Assembly: GCA_965240325.2 (NCBI GenBank)
Contig: OZ251252.1
Coordinates: 620,001 to 684,000 of the forward strand
Reading direction: 5' to 3'
Origin: Rebecca billardiae RCC1528
Lineage: Eukaryota; Protista; Haptophyta
DNA: 64,000 bases
In this document: piece after piece, positions 47,137-55,811 of the stretch
Position numbering within the stretch: position 1 is the stretch's first letter
Layout of the letters: every line of letters starts with the position of its first letter
Notes under the pieces: generated by a model
What the model was told of the DNA's origin: nothing
Database searches by the model: none
What the model saw: the letters and a program-made list of their open reading frames with translations, nothing else
Position numbers and translations under genes: made by a program

Positions 47137-50100
47137 ATGAGCATCGTCTCGGCGAACATCATCGACATCGAGGAGTGCGTCGACAAGTCCGGCCGCCGCT
47201 TCCTCGCGTACACGATCGAGACGGCGCGCAACAAGCTGCACCTGCGGCAGCAGGCGATCTACCAGGTGCAGCGGCGCTTCGCCGATTTCGTCGCGCTGCA
47301 TGAGGCGCTGCAGCCCGAGAGCGAGGGGCGGCGCGAGTTCCCCGTCCCGCGGCAGCCGCTCTCGAGCGCGCTCAACATGCCGCTCTCGCCGCAGCAGACG
47401 CGCGACCGCGCCAACGGTCTGCAGGAGTACCTGCAGCAGCTGATCTCGCAGCCGCCTCGCACGGCGGAGGGCACGCGCGTGCTGCACACGTTCCTCGGCG
47501 TGGGCGCGAGCGACTCGGACCCTTCGGTCATCATCGTCGGCGGCGGCATCGCCGGCCTCGCCGCCGCGCACACGCTGACCAAGCTCGGCGTCGATGACTT
47601 TGTCCTGTTGGAAGCGGCGGACCGGCTCGGCGGCCGCGTCCATTCGATCGACTTTGGCGGGCACACGATCGAGGCGGGCGCGCAGTGGGTGCACGGGTGC
47701 AAGGACAACCCGATCTTCGAGCTCGTCGCGCAGCTCGGCCTCCACGGCACCGTCGAGCCCGACGCCCCCGTCGCCGTGCGCGCGCAGAACTCGCTCGACC
47801 CAAACTTGGGGGAGCGGGTGGAAGCGCGGCTGGCACAGCTCGACGAGGCGTGCCGCCAGCTCTTCCGGCTGAGCGGCGAGATCCTCGCGCCGGCGGTGCC
47901 GGCGCAGGCGCAGCCGCCGCCGCTGCTGCAGCACGGCGTGCCCGAGTTGGGCAGCGCGTCGAGGCTCGCCTCCCCCTCCGCACAGCTCCGGGCGGCGGCG
48001 GCGGCCGCCGCCGCTGGTGGCGGCGGCTGCCTGGAGCCACCCACGATGGCGGCTGCGGCCGCGCGCGCAAGCTTCCAGCGCGATTCGGCGGCGAGCGCCG
48101 CCGCCGCCGCCGGCGGCGGTGGTTGTGGTGACGGCGGGGCGGAGCGCACGCCGCGCCTTGCGAACGGCGCGCTCGCGCGCCGCGCCTCTGAGCCGGGCAG
48201 CGCGCGCGGCGCCGGACCTCTGAGCGTGGACACACCGGCCGACGGCGCGGCGACGCACGGCGGCCCGAGCAGACGTGGCTCGCAGCAGCAGCCGGGCGGC
48301 GAGGGCGGTGGCGGGGTTGGCTGGCTCGGCTCGCCGCCGCCGGCGCAGGCGCTCTCGCCGCTCGGCTCGCCGCACTCCTCCGCCGGCCACAGCGCGCCCA
48401 ACCACAGCGGCAGCACGCCCGGCGGCGGCGGCGGCGGCGGCAGCAACGCGGGCGGCGGGCCCGCGGCTGACATGAGTGTGCGCTGCGCGCTGCGCTGGTG
48501 TGGATGGCGGCCGGAGGACGAGCTGGACGCGGCGCTGGAGCACTGGCGCTGGGACTACGAGTACGGGGACGCGCCGGACAGGCTCTCGCTGCGGCACAAC
48601 TGCGCGGAGGAGTACACCGAGGTGCGCCCTGCCCCCTGCCGCGGCGCGTGCGGCCGCCATGCCGCGGCGCGCGCGGCCGCCCGGGGCGTGCTGCCGAGAC
48701 GCGCGCGCGCCGCGCGCCGCCGCGCGCGCCCCTTCCCGCGCCACGTCGCGGCGCGGGCAGACGGATTTCGACTCGAGCCAGTTCATCGTGTCGGACCCGC
48801 GCGGCTTCTCCGCCGTCGCCGAGCACCTCGCCTCCTCCGTCTTCTGCGAGAACGACCCTCGGCTGCGGCTGGGCGCGTGCGTTACCCGGATCGAGCGCTC
48901 GGCGCGCGGAGGGGCGCTCGTGACAACTTCGGACGGCCAGGTGCGGAGCGCTTCGCTCGTGCTGATCACCGTGTCGATCGGCGTGCTGCAGTCGGCGCAG
49001 GTGGCGTTCGTGCCCGAGCTGCCGCTCAGCAAGCTGCAGCCGCTGCACGAGCTGCAGATGGGCGCGTACACGCGAATCCTGCTCGCGTTCCCGACGCACT
49101 TTTGGCCGGAGGACCAGCGCCACATCCTCATCGCGCACCCTCGGCGCGGGCACTACGCGGTGGTGACGCAGCTGGGCGCGGGCGGCGCGCGGTACCCGCC
49201 GGCGGACGCGAACCTGCTGTGCGTCACGGTGACGGGCGACGAGGCGCGGCGCGTCGAGGCGCTCACTGACGAGGAGGTCGAGGACGAGCTGCTCGCGCTC
49301 TTCCGCTCGGTGTGGGGGGAGGCGCCAGTCCCGCCGCCGCTTGCCGTGCACGTGTGCCGCTGGTCGACGTCGCCGCTGTTTCACGGGGCCTTCTCGGTGC
49401 GTGGGCGCGGCGGCGGCGGCGGTGCTGGGGCGCGGGCAGGGCGAGCCGGCTGGTGCGGCCGCGGCCGTGCTGGCGGTGCTGCGCCCCCGCGCGCCCGCGC
49501 CCTGCTGAGCCCGTCGCTGCTCTCACCACCACCACCGCCGCCGCCCTGGCGCTCCCCGTCGCGCCGTCACGCCGCCCTCGCCCTATACCATACACCCTAA
49601 CCCTAACTAACCCTCCTGTCTTGTCTGCCTCGCCCGATGCCGCTCCGCGCGCCCGCGCGCCCGCCCGCCCGCCCGCAGGTCATCCCTCCGAACGCCCTCA
49701 GCGGCGGCTTTGCCAAGCTGCAGCAGCCTGTCGGGCCGATCCACTTTGCCGGCGAGGCGTTCCACGAGCGCTACTCCGGCTTCGTGCACGGCGCGTATCT
49801 TTCGGGCGTGAGCGCGGCGGAGGCGATGGCGGAGCGACTGGCGAGCGCGCCCGCGCGCAGTCCGGAGGCCGCGCGCACGCCACCCGGGCGGGGCGCGCAG
49901 CACTCGGCGGGCAAGGCGGACGCGGCGGAGTCGCCGCTCTTTAAGAACATCAACATCGTGCGCCGCTTCGACCGGCCCTCGCCGCTCACCTCGCCGCGGG
50001 GAAGCATCTCGAGTCATCCGCACCTGCCCACGACGCTGCGAGTGGCCACCCCCGGCGGCAGGGCCGCCGCGGCCGACGCGGCGGCCGCCGTCGCTGCCAA

Positions 50101-50200
50101 CGGCGCATCGCCGATACCGGCTGCGGCGGCGGCGGATGGAGCTTCGCACTCGGAGCCATCGCCGTTGGACGGCTCCGCGGCGAACGGCCACGCGTACTGA
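47137..50200 (+). CDS. PX domain fused to a flavin-containing (polyamine) oxidase; exons 47137-48621, 48761-49396, 49679-50200
   Basis: PX: YTIE...VQRRFADFVALHEAL...R...LQEYLQQL...FL. PAO: VIIVGGGIAGLAAA, LEAADRLGGR, EAGAQWVHG, TVSIGVLQ, WSTSPLFHGAFS, IHFAGEA and VHGAYLSG. Confidence 0.88.
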
Positions 50201-50427
50201 GTGACTGGCAGTGCCAGGAGCCCGTGCACGGTGCTGCGGCGGATCAGCATCGCCGATCGCGCGGGCGTCCGGGCCGGCTGGCGGGCTGCTTGGGCAAGCA
50301 GCCAAGCATGAAGCAAGGATGCCGATGAAGGGTTTTGGGCAACGGTACTATCTAAAAGGTAGTACTACGCACTACGGTAGCTAGCTTTTGAGTTTACAGT
50401 TTACTAAGCTTAAGAGACGCACATGTA

Positions 50428-51020
50428 CAGGTGGATACGGGTGATCTGGACAGTGGCCGACCCAACTCACGCGGAGGCCTCCCTGGGAGCATTGGGGTCG
50501 AAGGGGCGCCAGGGACGGACTTCAGGGGTCCCTGGAGTTCCGCCGCAGCGCGCTTTCTGCGCTGCGGGCCCGTCTCCGCGCGTGGCGGCCGCAATGGCAC
50601 TGTCCAATTAGCCCCTGGCACTGGCTGAGGCATGGGAATCGAGCTCAGAGACGCGCGCGCGGAGGAAAAGCGTGTGCAGCGGCTCGGACGGTTGCTCTGG
50701 GACCTACCCACGCCAGCGCAACCGCGCCTTGCCTCGGAGTCCGCCCTTCCTGAGTCCGCGCACGCGCCTTGCGGCTTGAAACGCTGGCGTTCGCCCTTGT
50801 GCGCGGGACTCACGAAACAAGGCGAAGGCGGCGAGAAGCGCGACCTGGCGCGTGCGCAGACGACGTCTCACGACCAGGTGAGTTCAGCGAACATCGTGCG
50901 CCGTCGTGGCGACCCGCCAGTGGGCGCTCGTGCTCGTTCGCCCACGAGCCCTCGCCACGAGGCCCGCCGCCCGCTGAGTGTCCAGATAGCCCCTGTGTCC
51001 AGTTAGCCCGTATCCACCTG
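50428..51020. mobile_element. Tc1/mariner(pogo)-type MITE, 593 bp
   Basis: TA|CAGGTGGATACGGG...CCCGTATCCACCTG|TA. A TGTCCA..TAGCCC motif recurs at ~50601, ~50979 and ~50996. Confidence 0.88.
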
Positions 51021-51175
51021 TACCGAGTTCAGGCAGGCGAGATTAAAGTACCTTCATTGATTGGCATCATCAATAATGATAAAGTAGCTGACGACAACGG
51101 CTGATGAATACTGGAGAGGTCTGCCGATGATTGTGAGGTCGCCGCGCGTGGTTGCGAGCATCGACTGCACGCGCG

Positions 51176-52354
51176 ATGAGCACCCACCGTTGCCTCGTCG
51201 CGCTGGCGGGAGTCCTGCTGGGGACATGCGCGCGCGCTGTCGAGCGCCAAGTCGACGTCGACGCCGCTGGATCGCTTGAGGAGCCGTACGTCCCTCGCGC
51301 ACTGTGCAACCAGAGCGACGATGCGTCAACCTCGATTTCTAGTGCGGCCGACCTGCCCCTGCAACTTCAGAGGTACTCGCTCGGCGCCATCCCGCTTGGC
51401 AGCGCTGACTCGGCGGCGGTGGCGCTGGCACGCGATCTACTGCGCACGGAGGGCATCGTCATCATTGACAGGGGCTCCAACTTCTCCTCGCCGGCTGACG
51501 TCCGCGGCTGGAGCGAGGTACTCGTCTCCGCCGTGAGCGGTGAGCGCGACGTGTACACGCGAGAAGGGGCATTCCAGCGCGCCGCCCTCGGCCACGGCGT
51601 GTACTCCACGGGCACGGAGACGGCGCGCGGCGGCGTCCACATCCCGGAGCACAACGAGATGAGCTACTGGGACGAGTACCCGTCGCACGTCCTGCTCGCG
51701 TGCTTTGCGTGCCCGCGAGCGAAGGGGCAGAGCACGCTGATCGACAACGCGGAGTTCACGCGCGCGCTCGAAGGCACCGAGCTCCACCGCAAGCTCGGGT
51801 CGCACGGCGTCACGCACCAGCGCCTGCTCTTCTCCGAGACCGGGCGCGCCCCGCACACCACGTACGAGCGCTCGTGGCAGGGTGTATTCGGCGTGGGCTC
51901 AGCGCACGAGCTGGAGGCGGTGGCGGCGAAGCGGTCGATGAGAGTCGACTGGCTGGGCCACGGGCGCGCGAGGCTCTCGCTGACGGTGCCTGCGTTCGAG
52001 GAGACTGCCGACGGCGGCCGCGTGCTCTTCTTTGGCATATCCAACCACGCCTCCTTCTACAACACGACGCCAGGGCTGCGGGAGCTGCCGTACGAGCAGC
52101 GCCCCTCGCACCTGCTCTTTGGCGATGGCTCCGAGTGGGAGGACGCGGAGGTGTCGCAGGTGTACGCCGCGCTGGAAGCCCATCGCATCCTCCTCCCGTG
52201 GGTGCCAGGCCGGCTGGTCACCGTCGACAACGTCCGCTGGCTGCACGGGCGCGTCGCGTATGCCCTACAGGACGAGGGGGCGGAGAGCCGCCGCATCGGA
52301 TTCCGTCCAGGGCCAGGCGTGAAGCGACGGCTACTCACTACTCAGAGTGAGTAG
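51176..52354 (+). CDS. TauD/clavaminate-synthase-like Fe(II)/2-oxoglutarate dioxygenase
   Basis: IPEHNEMSY (HxE), GQSTLID, SWQGVF, and W..G.LVTVDN..WLHGR. Hydrophobic N-terminus. Confidence 0.88.
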   Translation: MSTHRCLVALAGVLLGTCARAVERQVDVDAAGSLEEPYVPRALCNQSDDASTSISSAADLPLQLQRYSLGAIPLGSADSAAVALARDLLRTEGIVIIDRGSNFSSPADVRGWSEVLVSAVSGERDVYTREGAFQRAALGHGVYSTGTETARGGVHIPEHNEMSYWDEYPSHVLLACFACPRAKGQSTLIDNAEFTRALEGTELHRKLGSHGVTHQRLLFSETGRAPHTTYERSWQGVFGVGSAHELEAVAAKRSMRVDWLGHGRARLSLTVPAFEETADGGRVLFFGISNHASFYNTTPGLRELPYEQRPSHLLFGDGSEWEDAEVSQVYAALEAHRILLPWVPGRLVTVDNVRWLHGRVAYALQDEGAESRRIGFRPGPGVKRRLLTTQSE

Positions 52355-52374
52355 CAGACGATAATCAGCCGATC

Positions 52375-52377
<3 letters not shown>

Positions 52378-52434
<57 letters not shown>
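52378..52434. repeat. (GA)n microsatellite
   Basis: Seen directly. Confidence 0.97.
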
Positions 52435-52438
<4 letters not shown>

Positions 52439-52760
52439 CGGTTATTAAGTACCGCCAATAACCCGCCCACACACACATATATATATATTATATGCTGGTC
52501 GGCACGGTGCCCGAAGGAGCTCTGCCCTGCAGGCTGCGAGTGCCTGACGCCTTGACGGCGGCGGTAGCGGCTAGTCCAGCACGCCCAGCACGGCACTGCC
52601 AGGAATCTCACCCTGAGGACACAGCGTCACATGAATGACGATATGGCTCCGGAACCGTTACGGTCCCGCAGCGCATCCGCATATCATCACGTGTGACTCA
52701 GTCCCGACTATATACTGTGTTACGACGATGATGACCGACATATATCGTCACCACTCTGAC

Positions 52761-54713
52761 TAGGTGGGTCCCTCCCAACTGGGGCGATATTCTGGCGCAC
52801 TCAGAATGACGTCCTAGATTTTGTCTCTCACCCAGAATCGACGCCATAAATGCGTCCCATCGGGGCGGAGCAAAAGTTTCGACCTCAAAACCTACTCCGC
52901 GTGCCGTCGCGCGGCCGAGCGCGCGCGCGCCGCGCCAGTAGTGTCACATAGAGATTTTGCGAAGCGTCACTTCATGGTTATGGTGGCTAGATGGCGACAT
53001 GCGATCGGAATTACTTATTGACAACCGTTGACACCCGACCGAACCATTTTATGAAGCAAAGAGTGGGGCTCTATGCTGTGCGCTGATACCTCCAACAAAC
53101 TACAGCAAGATCGAGCATAATACTCACTTCATATATAGCCACTTACCCGTATATAGTATGCGTGTTACCCACTTTATATTGACCGTGGATGCGGTTCACT
53201 ATATATTCAAATTCGTTCCGATATGTGGGTACGTTTGTTGGGTCATCGAATAGGCGCCGCGCGACGCGGACACAGGCAACCCGGGCCGCAACCGGACTGC
53301 CTGCGAGTGGCAGTGTTTGTGGCGGGCTGCGTGCCGAGGCACACACCATCGCCCGCCACCGAGCATGCCACCGTCGTCACACGGGAGCCCTCCGCCGTCG
53401 AGGCTGGACTATCAGCCAACGCCACCGCCGGAGCTTGCCGCGTTCGGCGGCTTCCGTGCTCGTACTCCGCGTGTCACCGGTCGTCGTATGCCCACCCGCG
53501 TGAGGCCGCCACCAGTCCATGACTACCGCAGCTGCAGCCCATGCCGCCGACGATGCCTCCTACCATCTTCTCGCCAGGCAGCAATACGATAGGTTCACCG
53601 ACGCTGCTGCTAGGCTGAGAGCACTCAGCCAGTTGGCCGGCGAGACGTCAGATGGTTGAGCTGCTGGCCTAGCCATCACGTTGCGGCTTCCGCTCGCTCA
53701 AGTACACCCAACGTGACGACGAGAACGTGCCGGGCAATCATCAGACATGCGTCTGAGGGGTCTACTACGCCTAGCCGTAGAGTTGCTGAGTACGAGTCTT
53801 CGCAGACCACAAGCGGAACGAGTGGGACCACCCAGTGGCAGGAGCAACAGCGTGGGGTGGCACCCGCGCCTGTCAACGCGACCGCGTTCTGTCAAGAATG
53901 GACCCATATCCTGCGACCACCCTCGAGCACCACAGGCTGTGCCCACACTCGGCATAGGGAAGGATCGCTGAGCGCCTGCTGCCGCTGTCAAAGGCCCTGC
54001 TGATCTTCCTGGCGCTGGATCGTGCACACGGATGGCAAGTCGGCGTGCTCGCCGCACATCGCGGCGGCTTCTCAGCATCCCAAGTCCTCAGTGCACCCAT
54101 CCTAGGCCTGCTGGTCGATGATTGGTACCAACCCCCACCAAACACGCCCTCTCGGAAGTCGCCAATCGCTTACATGGCTCCCCGAGAGCCCGGGGCTGGC
54201 TGTCGTGCGTTCTCACGAGCAGCTTGCGCACAGCCCAAATGTCACCTTCACGGTGCGTTGAGCTGCTCAAGATGGCGGGAGCGTCAAGAGCATGCCCGTG
54301 CACGACACTGACCCATGCCTCCCGTCGCCTGACCCGCATGTGGCAAAAACTGACCCTGCTCGAAGGCACGGGTCGAACACCCGCCGATCGATTCAAGTTG
54401 TCTGTACGCGTCTAGCCGGGCGAGAGTCAAACATGCGGGCACGTGCCAGGCGGGGGATGTGTGACCACGGATCCCATCCGTGAGCACGCGCAAAGCGCTG
54501 GAGCGCGCGATAGGTGTTGGCTGTGGTCTACCCGACACACGGCGGCTCGGTCGCGCTGGAGAGGCGCTCCGACATCGTTCGGGAGCGTTCAGATCGGACC
54601 TCGGCCGGCGGCCCGGCGATTTTCCCGAGCCGCGCCCCGCGCGAAAAGAAATCCGGCGAGAAAACCCGGTAAATGTTTAAAAGACCGCTGGAAAATCGCC
54701 AGGGACCCACCTA
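52761..54713. mobile_element. hAT-like non-autonomous TIR element (~1.95 kb)
   Basis: 13-bp perfect TIR TAGGTGGGTCCCT / AGGGACCCACCTA, extended imperfectly by GGCGAT.TTC. Flanking direct repeat (A)CTCTGAC of 7-8 bp. Confidence 0.8.
53650..54260 (-). pseudogene. Decayed non-LTR (CRE-like) reverse transcriptase fossil
   Basis: Collinear minus-strand remnants PRALGEPCKRLAT (cf. RPIAVGE..RRL), ISRAFDSGSRRSAIL (cf. D.SNAFNSVSR.AIL), TERG..GC.P.LL (cf. RGVxQG.PL.PLLF) and a SDD-like YxDD remnant. Multiple frameshifts. Confidence 0.5.
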
Positions 54714-54991
54714 CTCTGACGATGCTGCCATATAGACCCTACTACAGTATGCACGTATTATACTGATGAATCATGCGGGCCAGACGATGATGGCACCCTT
54801 TGTAAACTAGTGCACGGGGACGGCCCCTGGACCTGGTGGGAATCGCGCGCGGTGCCAGGGCAGGCGCCCGCGGATGCAAATATATATATATGGCGGGTTT
54901 ATCGTGTGGTTATCGTGACCGTGCAAGGCTCGTTCTAAAAGCCCTGTGCGCCGGCACGCACCCGTCTCGCCGCCTGGCTGCCCTCTCCCAC

Positions 54992-55383
54992 CACGACAGC
55001 TCTGGCTGTCTGCATCGTCGTCTTAGTGCAGGCCCAGCAAGTCGTGGCAGCAGCACTATCAGTCGCACGCTCGAGGCGGCTAGTGCCGAAGCACTCTGAC
55101 ACACGCTTGCGCACGTGCGGTGCGCTCTCAGCACTTCGCACCCGGGGCGCGCGAGAGCCATGCCACCGCCACGCACCGTTTACGGCCCTGACGCCCGCCT
55201 TAAGGCGGCGTCACTGCCGCAGGCCACTATCCCCATGATTGACAGTCCCTTCCAGCCGCCGGGAATCGAGCTGACCGGACGACGATCGAAAAGACGTACC
55301 AGTGCTTCGGCACTTCGAGCGTGCTGATAGTGCCTGCCACGACTTGCGGGCCTGCACTAAGACGACGATGCAGAGCTGTCGTG
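54992..55383. repeat. Imperfect inverted repeat (arms 54992-55095 and 55301-55383)
   Basis: TGCATCGTCGTCTTAGTGCAGGCCC vs GGGCCTGCACTAAGACGACGATGCA and adjoining blocks. The left arm carries several small insertions. Confidence 0.85.
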
Positions 55384-55736
55384 AAAGAGGTTGTCAGGGC
55401 GGAGTGCGGCTGTGCGTTGTGACGGTGCCAGCTTCTCGTCGCCGGCGTCGCACTTGTCTCCAAGCGCGAATGCTGTGATGAGGAAGGTGCACAGCACGCG
55501 AACCTTGAGCGCCTGCAAGTACTTGAGGAACGGTTTGACGTACTTGCGCATGATGCGAACGCCCTGCCAATAACACCATCCGCGGGTGGAAGGGAGTGCG
55601 GGTGGGTGAGCGATGTACAAGTGCGCAGGGCACCACGTGGGTTGGCGTGGGCACGTTTGCAGAGTGCCTGCCGACCAACCCAGGGGAACACCGAACGTCC
55701 CGGACACTCGCGCAGATGGCGCGTGTCGGCGCGTAC

Positions 55737-55775
55737 CGCTCCAACACAGACAAGTGGGCGTTCCTGGCAGAACGT

Positions 55776-55811
<36 letters not shown>

